From: Octopus sinensis | Lineage: Eukaryota | Length of the DNA stretch: 64,000 nt | Assembly (NCBI RefSeq): GCF_006345805.1 | Contig: NW_021833710.1 | Span: forward strand, 23,371-87,370 | Reading direction: 5' to 3' | Position numbers and translations under genes: made by a program | Part shown: piece by piece, positions 52,936 through 64,000 of the stretch | How positions within the stretch are numbered: the stretch's first letter is position 1 | Layout: every line of letters begins with the position of its first letter | Notes under the pieces: model-generated | The model's database searches: none | The model's input: only the letters and a program-made list of their open reading frames with translations | Told to the model about the DNA's origin: nothing

Positions 52936-54327
52936 TTTAAGTTTATCTAGGGTCCTTCTAAAGCGGTACGCCAGTTCACCTCCAGGGGTGGTGTCAACGA
53001 ACATGACACTCTGGTATTTATGGCTATCATACCAAGAGTTGGCCTTCTTTATTTTCTTTTTTGTCCTTTCTATTGTGTTCCATGACTTGTTCCTATAGAG
53101 TGGGCAAATCCCATTCCTATCATTACATAATATATTATCAAATTTCTTCATGGCTCCTTTGTATACTCTGATCCTTTCTTTATGGCTGTAACCTGAGAAC
53201 TGCATGCGGTGAATGAAATACTGTATGTGTCTCTTTAATTCTCTAGGCTCGCATATGCGTGACACATTTCTCATTATTCTGACGAGGTCTGCCATCAAAA
53301 TATTGAATTTGTCATTGCCCGCAATGGCTGAGTTCCGGTGGATCAGGTATTTTGAGGCCATAGGTTTTGCATAGTATGAATGAAAGATTTGGGTTTTATT
53401 TTTCACAATTTCTAGCCAGAGTTCAGTGTCTAGTACTGGTAGTCTATGGTTGGGGTGTTTAGTGGGGTAGTCTATTGTGACCTTAATACTCTGGTGGATG
53501 GAGTTAGCTATTTGCTGGATGCTCTCCATAGTATTAGTTTCTATTATTATATCAACATTACTCTCTTGTGGGGGTGCATTTACTACTATGTTGATATCAT
53601 CAACATAGCGAGAGCACATGTTTACGAGTATGGATTTCTGCAGTAGGCGTTCTTTAAGCCTTCTGTCCCACCATACCATGAAAAGGTTGGCCACATCACC
53701 AGCGATACTAACACCGATGGCTGCCCCCTCGTCCTGGGCATATATTTTATTATTAAATTTAAATGTGTGGCCTTTTAGGGTAACTCTTATACTAGCTCCT
53801 AGTGCATGTGCGATCATTTTCTTTACCTGATGGACATTTGCGGGGCTCTGTATGGCTCTGGTCCATCCGCGCCATTTTTCTATATGTGTCTTCCTAGCCA
53901 TAGAAGTAATTGTAGGCGGTCTACCTCTTAAACATCTACTGGGGCAGAAACTCCTAAGATTATGTTTATCTAAGTATTCGTTATTATATGTCAGTCTAAG
54001 TAGGAGGCCCAGTTCCTCTATGTTGACATTACGGAACTCCACCTGACTCTCGTTGATCATCTCCACGCACTTCTCCACTGCAAAATCTACGTCAATCGAT
54101 GGGTATAGGGATACCACATCCATGCTACCTACTATACATCCTGTCAAGTCACAAGTTTTGTTACAGTCACTGATCCTGCTTAGGAGATCTTCTGTGCTGT
54201 CACACACATCAGGTGACATCCTGATTATAGGGCGTATGATCATTGAGAGGAAGTAGGAGATTCTGTAATAGCACACACCACAACATATGACGATAGAGGA
54301 TCCCGAAAACATAATAAATAAATACAC
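52882..54327 (-). CDS. Penelope-like reverse transcriptase (N-terminally truncated)
   Basis: 481-codon ORF with [11 protein letters not shown] (motif A), QDEGAAIG (B'), RYVDD (C), LPVLD and [16 protein letters not shown] (thumb). The first ~21 codons come from the inverted pLTR; true RT sequence begins near 54266. The ORF ends at a frameshift near 52930. Confidence 0.9.
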   Translation of the reverse strand: MYLFIMFSGSSIVICCGVCYYRISYFLSMIIRPIIRMSPDVCDSTEDLLSRISDCNKTCDLTGCIVGSMDVVSLYPSIDVDFAVEKCVEMINESQVEFRNVNIEELGLLLRLTYNNEYLDKHNLRSFCPSRCLRGRPPTITSMARKTHIEKWRGWTRAIQSPANVHQVKKMIAHALGASIRVTLKGHTFKFNNKIYAQDEGAAIGVSIAGDVANLFMVWWDRRLKERLLQKSILVNMCSRYVDDINIVVNAPPQESNVDIIIETNTMESIQQIANSIHQSIKVTIDYPTKHPNHRLPVLDTELWLEIVKNKTQIFHSYYAKPMASKYLIHRNSAIAGNDKFNILMADLVRIMRNVSRICEPRELKRHIQYFIHRMQFSGYSHKERIRVYKGAMKKFDNILCNDRNGICPLYRNKSWNTIERTKKKIKKANSWYDSHKYQSVMFVDTTPGGELAYRFRRTLDKLKLKLRSLKSQATLSIYNC

Positions 54328-54399
54328 AGATAACTAAACAAATAGAAATGAATAACTATATATATGTATATATATCTATGTATGTATATGTATGTATAT

Positions 54400-54450
<51 letters not shown>

Positions 54451-54984
54451 GTATACATATATGTATATATATCTATGTATATGTATGTATATATATATAT
54501 ATTTTTTTTTTTTCGATTAGATTTATTATTATTATTACTAATATTGTTGTTATACATACATACAAGCATATGTAATGATAATAATGGGTGGATGTAAACA
54601 CATGAACAAAATTAGAACAAAAGCAACAACAACAAAAACAAAATACAAATTACATGAATGTATATAAACAGAAGATACAAATATTACAGGCATCCTCCCA
54701 CACACACACTAAATAAACATAGACGCACATAGAGATATAAGCATGCGCAAATGAAGACATACAATAGAAATACAAAATGGCTGACGGTTAGTAAGGAGAG
54801 ACACACATACGAAAGAAGAAAACAAAGGACCACTGATGCGGTCACAGGAGTGTGACGAAAGAACTCTGGCCGAAATAAGATTAAGATTAATGTAAAAAAT
54901 AAATATCACTGAAGCAAAATAACACCAAATATATAGTGCGTGTGTTTTTATTGGCTAAACTGGCAAAATGACCATTCCGAAATA

Positions 54985-55020
<36 letters not shown>

Positions 55021-55090
55021 TATATATATATATATATGTATGTATGTATGTATACATATATGTATATATAAGTATATATATAGAGAGAGT

Positions 55091-56200
55091 AACGCTACCC
55101 GACAACAGGGTAATTAGTGTTAATTCATAGCTCACCACCTCCTTGCACTGAGTCGAAAAAACATAAAACTATGCTCAACTTTACCCGACAATACGACCTT
55201 TATATTTCGTCACCCCATTTTTTTATGTCCCCAAGCTGTGGATACGCGCGTAGTGCAAAAACACTACTCGTTGCTTCTTCTCATCTTCAGTCTTAAAGAT
55301 CAGATGCTATCTTCTGCAAATCCTTTGTCGCTGTATGGAACACCTATTTTACTACACCTTCATCCAGCTCTCCCATTGTAGGTATGTTGAAGCTCCGGTG
55401 TATCTTTAAAGAGAAGTTTATCACCTTTCTCCTTGGTCACTGCTCTATTTCTAACCGCGAGCGAGAAGTCACCATTTGTTGTAACATACTTTTACCATGT
55501 TTGTTTTTCTTCTCTAAGAGCAGAAATATATCGATCATCTCCTGATTAGCAATGCTAACAAAACTGCTATTGCTATTAACGTTGTTATAAATATCGTTGT
55601 TGTTTCTTTCTCATTTGTTAAGGCGAAAGTATTTTCTATACCTTCTTGTTCACATGTATTTATTTTCCTGTTTCGTCTGTCATTTTTTTTCAGTCTGCGA
55701 TATTGTTTACAAATTTTTCTGTCGAAGTGCTTCGGGGCATAATTGGTGCTACCCCATTTATTACAAGCAACTTTACCAGCTTTTCTAGAAGTCATATTAA
55801 ATTACCAGTGAACTGCAATTTTAGAAAACAAATACATCATTTATGTATAAGACAAAACATTATTAACCCTTGCAATGGTATAGAATCAAAGCAGTTGTTT
55901 AGAAAAATGAAGCAAAAATGAAACGCATTGGAGATCATTTACCATCAATGTTTTACTTATTTCAGTCAGTAGGGAACGGCCATGCTGGAGCACCATCTTG
56001 AAGAATGTTAGTGGAATGGATCGACTACGTTACTTACTTTTGGAACCGGGTACTTATTCGGTCGGATACCTTATGCCGAACTGTTGAATTACAGGGAAAT
56101 AAAAATACACAAACACAGGTTTGCAAGCGGTAGTGAGGGACATCACGGACGCAATCACACGCACACGCACATTCATACATACATAGATATATGCGTATAA

Positions 56201-56247
<47 letters not shown>

Positions 56248-56355
56248 ATATATATATATGGTGTTGTATGTATATACGTGTTTTTATACATATAATATAC
56301 ATATATATACACACATATATACGGGTATATAAATATATAGATATATATATGCATA

Positions 56356-56410
<55 letters not shown>

Positions 56411-56936
56411 ACGACGGGATTATTTCAGTTTCCGTCTCTCACATCTACTAACAATGCTCGATCGGCCCGGGGCAATAGTAAAAGACACTTACCCAGGATG
56501 CCTCGCAGTGAAACTGGAACCAAAGCCGTCTGACCGGAAAGTAATTTTCTTGCCACACGATCATACTTGTGCTGTCTTAATTACAAAAGGAGTACTGAAG
56601 AATAGACAAAGGGAATGATTTTAGCAGCTGAAGTGCAGGTCTTGGCTGTAAATTGGATAAAGACAATGATAAATATGGGGAGCACTAAAGCAAAAGCTGA
56701 ATATACAACGATGTATATAAGTTCCAAATGCTCAATTACGCTCAAAAGAGCACATTTTAAGTTTGGCTAAAAAGGAAAACAAAACTGTAGGCATGATGAG
56801 TATTTGGGAACTCTGATGAATAATGTAAGAATGAATCTTGGAAAGCAAGAGCTTTATCTGGGATCGTGTCAAGAAAACAGCATATGAATAGCGCAGAGTG
56901 ACAAAATGATTCGTAGTTTAGACTTTGTGAGATCGT
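55091..56936 (+). repeat. ~1.9-kb direct duplication, copy 2
   Basis: Collinear with 49398-51313. Confidence 0.92.
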
Positions 56937-57560
56937 TGCATAGTAGATTCCCTAAAGATAGTTTCAGCACATAGTAGTAGCGAGACATGATTATGGTTGC
57001 AGAGGGGAAAGGTAAAATAAGGGGACAGAGTTTGTTAGTAGCAGCACACAAACAAGCATTAAGGACTAATTGGATAAAAGCCAAGGTAAACAAAATCCAA
57101 GCAGATTCACAATGAAGGTTATGCAAATCAAGAGAGCAAAGCTTTAATCCTTTAGTAAGTGAATGTAGCATGCTGGCACAGAAAGAATACACGAAAAGGC
57201 ATGACAACCTAGGGAGAGTAATCGACTGGGAATTATGCAGAAAACTAGGATTTGAACATACTAATAAATGGTATGCACATGAACTTAGTAAACTACTAGA
57301 AAGTAAGAAACACAAGATGTTGTGGGCCTTTAAAATTCAGACAGACAGAGAAATAAAATCTAAAAGGCCTGATTCATTAGTATTAGATAAAGAGAATGGA
57401 AAGTGCCCGATAATTGGCTTTACAGTCCCAAATGAGGAAAAATCAATATGAGAGGTATAGAAAAAATAGCAAAGTACTAGGATGTAGCCATTGAATTACA
57501 GAGAGAATACGGAAAGTGTGGGTAAAATGTATTCCAGTAATTATATGTGCATTGGAAAGT
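56570..57560 (+). pseudogene. Decayed R4/Dong-like LINE (zinc knuckle plus restriction-like endonuclease)
   Basis: LVSECSMLAQKEYTKRHDNLGRVIDWELC..KW...LWAFKIQTDREIKSKRPDSLVLDKE shows the CCHC remnant and PD..D endonuclease motifs. Confidence 0.85.
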
Positions 57561-57939
57561 AATGAAATCTTGGTAGTGTCAGTTAGAACGGAGGGATTAT
57601 TGAGAGCAGAGTAAATAAAGGAAAAGTACAGAAAGGACATGAAGAGCTACGAGAGAAGGGACTACACAATCAATTCCATGCAGCCTCAACAGCAGTTGCT
57701 GGAAAAACAGGTGGGATTGGCTGATGAAGAGAACCGTGAAAAAAAAAGACCAAGTGCACTATCCTGGCAGTGCAAGACCAAACTTTGGCCACAAACTGGA
57801 GGGTCAACTTTCGGAATAAGTAAGTGTCTCCGCTGTGCTGCATCCACAATAGATTGGATGAAATCATTGGCCATATCCCGAACGAATTCTTTAAACTTGT
57901 CTAAAACCACTATAAGTTGTGGCGACACCACCAGGTAGC

Positions 57940-58445
57940 GAATTTGCTACATTGGCAGGCGAAAAGAGAGATAAATACAACCCTCTTAAGGACGAAATAG
58001 CCCAGCTATGGTACATGAAGTAGGTGAGGATAGTGCCAATTATTTTTGGATCCTTGGGAACAGTATCAGAAGGCATGAAGTGGAATATAAAGGAAACTGG
58101 TATAGATTACCCAGTAGAACTGTTACAAAAGTTTTGTTTCCTTGGCGCGGCCAGAAGAATCAGGAAAGTATTAGATAACCTCATTGATAGCACGCTGGAC
58201 AAAATGATTAGCGACATATTGTCCGCTTTCATGTCCTGTGTTCGAAATTATAAGATCAAAAGATTTGGTGACTGTCATGCACGAACAGCTGTACAATCCA
58301 ACACCTTGTTAAATGCCGATCAAGTAACACCAGTGTGCTTGAAAAATATCGAAATAGGCAATACGGTAGACAATTACAGGCCGATATCCTGCTTGCCACT
58401 TATGTGGAAATTATTGACAGGAATACTCGCAGAGTCAATATACTG
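57940..58445 (+). pseudogene. Further R4/Dong-like fragments (C-terminus, then RT N-terminal motif)
   Basis: EKRDKYNPLKDEIAQLW..VRIVPIIFGSLGTV...LQKFCFLGAARRIRKVLD, then NYRPISCLPLMWKLLTGILAE at about 58370-58440. Confidence 0.8.
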
Positions 58446-58868
58446 ACGGACGAAATAACGGTAAGCATTTTGACCGGCGTGCTAATAATTCTACTCGCTC
58501 ATCATCTCCAGAAATTTTCAGATGGAATTAGTCGATAACATGGATTCAATCGACCTCAAAATTTGATTTTCCTCCAATAAGATTTAAACTCAGAATGTAA
58601 AGAGCCGCAACGTACATATAACACCATTCATTGTCCTCGACGCTGTAACGACTCATCTATCTCAACGTCTTAATCAATTGGATTAATGAAGGTTCTGATT
58701 GAATTATGCAATGAAAAAAAGTTTAAAGAAGAAATGAACAAAGAAAAAAAGAAACAGCATAGAAGGAGAAATAGATATAAGGTCAGTTTGCGTACGGCCA
58801 GAAAGTTCGGGGAAGGGAGTAAGTCGATTACATCGCTCTCAGTGTCCATCTGGTACCTATTTCAAACA

Positions 58869-59106
58869 TTAAATTATAAAATTAATCATTTTAGCTTCAT
58901 TTGCATTATCTTTTTTTATATAATTGTTTGCTAACTTAACATTCAGATTTTAACACTTTATTTATTTTAACACTTTATTTAAAATGTAAAGTTATATAAT
59001 TAGAAAACAATATGAATAAAGTGTTAAAATCTGAATGTTAAGTTAGCAAACAATTATATAAAAAAGATAATGCAAACGAAGCTAAAATGATAATTTTATA
59101 ATTTAA
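58869..59106. repeat. Near-perfect inverted repeat, ~93-bp arms with ~50-bp spacer
   Basis: 58869-58962 pairs with 59015-59106 with only a few mismatches. Confidence 0.92.
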
Positions 59107-59500
59107 GGTTTATTAACACACTTTATTACAAAAAATTGATAAACCCAAATTGAAGAGCTTAAAACCCATAGAGTTGTCTCCCCTTATTCACAGGAACTGG
59201 ACTACTACTTCCTGTTTTGCCATTCACTTAAGAGACATCCTTAATTAAATTAAACAGCACATGGATTTAATCCCATGGATCTCAATCCTCCAAGGTAATT
59301 TTTTCAAGAACTATCATTAAACTCAAGATGCACAAAGACATTACAATGTATCGGAGTACCCATTTTTTAATTTTTGTATATATTTATTATTATTTTTTTA
59401 CAAAAAACAATGTAATTTTCTTTTTTACCCCTCCTCAAATAAAAAAAAAAATTCTTTACAATTCTTGAAAAGTCACATTATGACGAAAACCGGTTTGAAT
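59107..59500 (+). mobile_element. Probable PLE 3' relic
   Basis: Follows the hairpin and ends with CTTGAAAA-GTCA-CATTA-TGAC-GAAAACCGGT, resembling a decayed PLE hammerhead core. Confidence 0.35.
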
Positions 59501-59598
59501 TAATATATATATATTTTATCAATTTTTCAAAATTTTCCATACACCCATTTTCATTAAAATTTTCTTTCAATTTAGCATTCTGCCTTTTTATAATTTTT

Positions 59599-59634
<36 letters not shown>

Positions 59635-59799
59635 CAATTGAGGATAAAACCTTTAAAAGAAATTATCAGTAGTCAGCGTGAAAAACCTCGTAAGAGAAAA
59701 CATCCGTAAATTCTTCCTCTTTGAAAATATTCATTTATATTTCTTTTTCATTTATTCATTTATTTATAAATATAATATATATATATATATAATTAATTA

Positions 59800-59929
<130 letters not shown>

Positions 59930-59944
59930 ATATATAAATATATA

Positions 59945-60076
59945 GGGAGAGTTTACGAAAAAATAAAAGACGAAGACAGGTAGTGTACAAAGCAAACAGA
60001 TGTATTAGTATAACGCTCAGGAATAGAAAAAGACTTTTACGTTTCGAGCCTACGCTCTTCTACAGAAAGGGACATA
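59945..60076 (-). mobile_element. Short PLE-derived repeat with hammerhead-like core (second copy)
   Basis: Reverse complement reads CTGTAGAA-GAGC-GTAG-GCTC-GAAACGT. Homologous to 24676-24826 and flanked by (TA)n. Confidence 0.55.
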
Positions 60077-60102
60077 CGCACACACACACACACATATATA
60101 TT

Positions 60103-60134
<32 letters not shown>

Positions 60135-60294
60135 TGTATGTATGTATGTATGTATATATACCCATAAGGAAGTAGATATGCGTTAACCGTCTCAAGTATG
60201 CGCACATAGAGAGTAATGACAAATTAGGGTGTGAGAAAATCTCTATAAGGGATGAAAGCAATAACTATATAAAGAAGTAATGGTTATTGCCTCT

Positions 60295-60874
60295 TAAACA
60301 TGGCTGTTCCATAGGAACCAACGTTGCTACAATTTTAACCTCAAGAAGACACCTCAAGCTGGATTTTGGATGTAATCTATACCCGATATATATTTCAAGC
60401 TTGGAAGTGAACCCCAACTATCTGCCAACCACGAGACCACCCTACCTGTGCGGTTTCAAGCTCTTTGTGCTTATCCTCGGTGGTGGATACTCGTCGGCTA
60501 GAGAAAGCAGTAGTTCATTGGCGATAACCAGTATTCTCAGTATAGTTACTGCTTTTATTTCTGATAGAGATTTTCTAAGCTAATTTATTTGTTGCGAAAT
60601 CAGTGACGAGGTGTCACTTATTTTCTATATATTTTTAGCTGAAGTGAATTACTGCTATCTCTAGCGAACGAGTATCCACCACCGAGGATGAGCACAAAAA
60701 GCTTCATACCGTAAAGTTTCGTGGTCTCGTGGCTAGACTGGATGTTGGTTGGTGTTCACTCATCTACTGGAAATATATATCGGGTGCAGATTGCATGTAA
60801 TAACCAGCTGGAGGAGGAACCCTCCTGGGGTTAAAATAGGAATAATGTCGGTCCCTACGGAAAAGCCATGTTTA
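60295..60874. mobile_element. Old foldback MITE with ~220-bp imperfect TIRs
   Basis: TAAACATGGC.../...GCCATGTTTA termini. Internal CTCGGTGGTGGATACTCGT pairs with ACGAGTATCCACCACCGAG. Confidence 0.8.
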
Positions 60875-60942
60875 CGTGGTGATAACCATAACATTTAAAG
60901 AGTATTTATGCGTGTAATTGGATGATAGGCTGTATGTATATA

Positions 60943-61052
60943 CGAGGGGTGTATGAAAAGTCTTGAGCTCCCAAAACAAAAAGAAAACATGGTACAAGAC
61001 TTCTGGCAAAGGTACACATATTCAAGGCTCAAAACTTTTCATAGACTCCTCG
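60943..61052. mobile_element. Mariner-type mini-MITE
   Basis: TA-CGAGGGGTGTATGAAAAGTCTTGAGC ... GCTCAAAACTTTTCATAGACTCCTCG-TA. Confidence 0.8.
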
Positions 61053-61680
61053 TATATGAGTTTTATATGTTCATGTGCCTGTGAATATGCGTGTGTGGGA
61101 AATACCTGCGGCCATGTTTGTTCTTTCCGTAGTATTATAGAATAATATATGTAAATATTGATATCACGGCAATCTATGGCAAAATGTCGGTTATTTGGCC
61201 TTTACTCTAAGTTCCCAGATTAGATAAAGATTTGCGATTCTACTGTTACCTCCATTGCCGTTTCATGTGGGTACTGACTTGTATGGTACTTCATTTTAAC
61301 CATACGAATGTAAACACCAGGGAATTAGAAATTTGAATGTAGTAATGCAAAGAATACATATAACTTGTCACATAATTTTAAGGCTCTACCAACTAAAATA
61401 TACGAGAGGGTTTCGTGAAAGGCCCAGTAGGACGCTCAACCTATATATATGTATGTGTCTCTCTGCACGTGAGCATGTATATATGCATATGTATATATAT
61501 GTGTTTACATATATGCATATAAACGCGTGCACATACACGAGAGGTCAATGCACATGTGTATAAAACATATATACACAAATATTTGTGTTTACATATATAT
61601 ATATCTATATTTCTTTCTCTAGTTTCAGCTCAGAGCTGTGACCATGCTGCTGATGCACCGCCGTTTATATATATATATAT

Positions 61681-61720
<40 letters not shown>

Positions 61721-62014
61721 TAGAGAGAGAGAGAGAGAGAGGACAGACAGACAGAAAGAGAGAGAGAGAAAGAGAGAGAGAGATGAGAATGTGTGTCTGT
61801 CTGTTTGTGTGAATCCCTAAAACTTGAGAACTACACAACCAATTTCATTCAAATTTTACACGTGCCCTACTTAAGGTCCATGCAGTATCATGGGCCAAAA
61901 GCATTTTCAACTGCTTACCTAATGCGAGCCCAGAGCAATCTCTTATCTCTTACACTATTTCCGTATTACGTCTGTATTGTAATGTGAAATAATATTTTTA
62001 GTTTGAAAGATGTG

Positions 62015-62081
<67 letters not shown>

Positions 62082-62493
62082 GACATTCCAAAACCGAGTC
62101 ATCGATTTTCACGTATGGGGCATCAAAAGATTTAGTACTATTTCGGCTACAAACTAAAGTTCATTCCCATTCATATAATTGCATTTTCATAACTGTAATA
62201 TACTATATACAAACTATGATATCTTATTCCTGATAAACGCCAGGTATCTCTGCGAGTAATTTATATTCTTTTATTCTGTTATTTGTTTCAGTCATTTGAA
62301 TACCGCCTTTAGTCGAACAAATCAACCCCAGGAAATATGCTTTGTAAGCCAATACTTTTGCTATCCGTACTTTTTGCCGAAAAGCTATGTCACGGAGTTA
62401 TTAACATAACAACATCGATTGCCAAGCGATGGTGGGGGCACAAACACAGAATACAAACATACATGGTCATATATATATATATATATATATATA

Positions 62494-62659
62494 TACGTTT
62501 AAATATTTGTTGTGCAAGATTTTTTATGTGAAGTCGTGTGTTGAATAAGATTAAGATTAATTTAAAAAATAAATATCACTGAAGCAAATTAACACCAAAT
62601 ATATAGTGCGTGTGTTTTTATTGGCTAAACTGGCAATATGACCATTCCGAAATATAACA

Positions 62660-62662
<3 letters not shown>
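62494..62662. mobile_element. Rearranged terminal fragment of the same PLE family as 51703-54988
   Basis: 62494-62545 matches 51703-51755 directly. 62544-62662 matches the reverse complement of about 51760-51880. Confidence 0.85.
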
Positions 62663-62691
<29 letters not shown>

Positions 62692-62809
62692 ATGTATGCA
62701 TGTATGTATGTATGTATGTATGTATGTATGTATGTATGTATGTATGTATGTATGTATGTATGTATGTATATACGACGGACTTCTTTCAGCTTCCGTCTAC
62801 TAAATCCAC

Positions 62810-63530
62810 TCACAAGGATCTATGGCCATTTTGGGAGCTCACCACGCAGTTTATTTACACTGAAGTGCAACGCGGTGATGAACCCTTCATCAGGCTGAAC
62901 AGGAAACAGGGACACGCACAGATCAAAATATTTTAAATATATATGTGAGTGTTGAATTTGACTTGTGAAATCCGCTCATTATGAACATTTGAACGTACTT
63001 GTGTGGAAGGGGTAAACGACTTTTTTTCAAGATATATGCGAATTTGACCTGTAGATGTCTGTTTACTTATGAATTTTGGACGTACGTGTATGAGGTAAAT
63101 AAAAAACATTTTTTCAAACATTTGAAAAAAAAATTTCTTTTAATTTAAAAAAAAATATTTTAATCGTCTGATAAAACTTTATTTTTAACTTTACTTATTT
63201 TATAGTTGTCTATGAAATTTTTTGGTAGCTTTTGAATTTTAGCCGTTTATACTTAACTTTTTGATAGGCAGTTCTATTTGTATTGTATTCCATTATATAC
63301 TTTTAATTTCTGTGATTTTATCTATATGTATTATTTTTATGTGTTTGTGACCCATGGTGATTTTTATATATGTTCAAATGTTTGAGGGGTGGTGCTGTTT
63401 GTGAGCCAAATTTAATGATTGTTCTATAACCAATGCTTCTTTATCTTCGTCTCTTTTAAATTTGAGCACTTCATTTGCAGTCCTATAAACCCTTTTGTTT
63501 TTATTAGAAGAGACAAATATTATTTCTTGT
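62810..63530 (-). mobile_element. Probable older PLE 3' relic
   Basis: Minus strand has a short ORF end, an AT-rich UTR, then CCTGATGAAGGG...CGCGTTGC, a broken PLE-style hammerhead core. Confidence 0.35.
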
Positions 63531-63639
63531 TGTATACATACATACATACATATATACATACAAGCATACATACATACATACATTCATTCATACATATATA
63601 TATATATATATATAATATATATAATATATATATATATAT

Positions 63640-63919
63640 CACCGTGACCGACTAGGCCATCAGATGTTGTTACACATCGCTGGTCACAATACACTTCGCA
63701 TTGTTTTTAGCCTTCAAATGGCGAGCAGGCCAACAGAAGAAAGAGTGAGAGAAGTTGTGGCGAAAGAGTACAGCAGGGATCGCCACCACCTCCTGCCGGA
63801 GTCTCGTGGAGCTTTAGGGGACTTCGCTCAATAAACACTCACAACGCCCTGTCTGGGAATCGAAACCGCGATCCTACGACCGCGAGTCCGCTACCCTAAT
63901 CACTAGGCCATTGCGCGCC
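63640..63919 (-). mobile_element. SINE with family C head and an alternative tail
   Basis: GGCGCGCAATGGCCTAGTG...GGTTTCGATTCCCAGAC head shared with 8473 and 44068. The tail ends CTAGTCGGTCACGGTG and lies in (TA)n. Confidence 0.85.
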
Positions 63920-63921
63920 CC

Positions 63922-63999
<78 letters not shown>

Positions 64000-64000
64000 A

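Larger units (their letters stand above)
51703..54988 (-). mobile_element. Penelope-like retroelement, 5'-truncated, with inverted pseudo-LTR
   Basis: RT followed by GIY-YIG coding region on the minus strand. 51764-52503 is the reverse complement of 54267-54988. Both ends abut (TA)n. Confidence 0.92.

Noticed and set aside
52480-54327. Selenocysteine-recoded (Naiad-type) PLE
   Set aside because: No in-frame TGA within the reconstructed coding region, the endonuclease is C-terminal, and I could not identify a SECIS.
49398-56936. LTR retrotransposon with 1.9-kb LTRs
   Set aside because: No TG...CA termini, PBS, PPT, gag or integrase. The repeats contain decayed SINE/LINE sequence and the interior is a PLE.

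Overview
This 64-kb window is AT-rich animal genomic DNA, dense in microsatellites and transposons. It is most likely from an octopus (inferred from the tRNA-derived SINE families and repeat style) and is probably intronic or intergenic. I found no supportable host-gene exon, intact tRNA/rRNA gene or CRISPR array. Almost all ORFs in the supplied track are microsatellite or SINE artefacts. The one real long ORF (52882-54327, minus) is the reverse transcriptase of a 5'-truncated Penelope-like element (PLE). It has an unusually long fingers insertion, a frameshifted C-terminal GIY-YIG endonuclease, ~730-bp inverted pseudo-LTR arms and a non-canonical hammerhead-like motif. The PLE lies between two copies of an older ~1.9-kb direct duplication. 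The rest of the window holds four or more SINE families (many nested, some with clear TSDs), R4/Dong-like and CR1-like LINE relics and mariner transposase relics. It also holds several MITEs/foldbacks, Helitron/Helentron-type non-autonomous elements, further PLE remnants and a 1.8-kb (GTA/GTG)n array with a ~300-bp higher-order repeat. All family assignments come from motifs read by eye; no database search was run.
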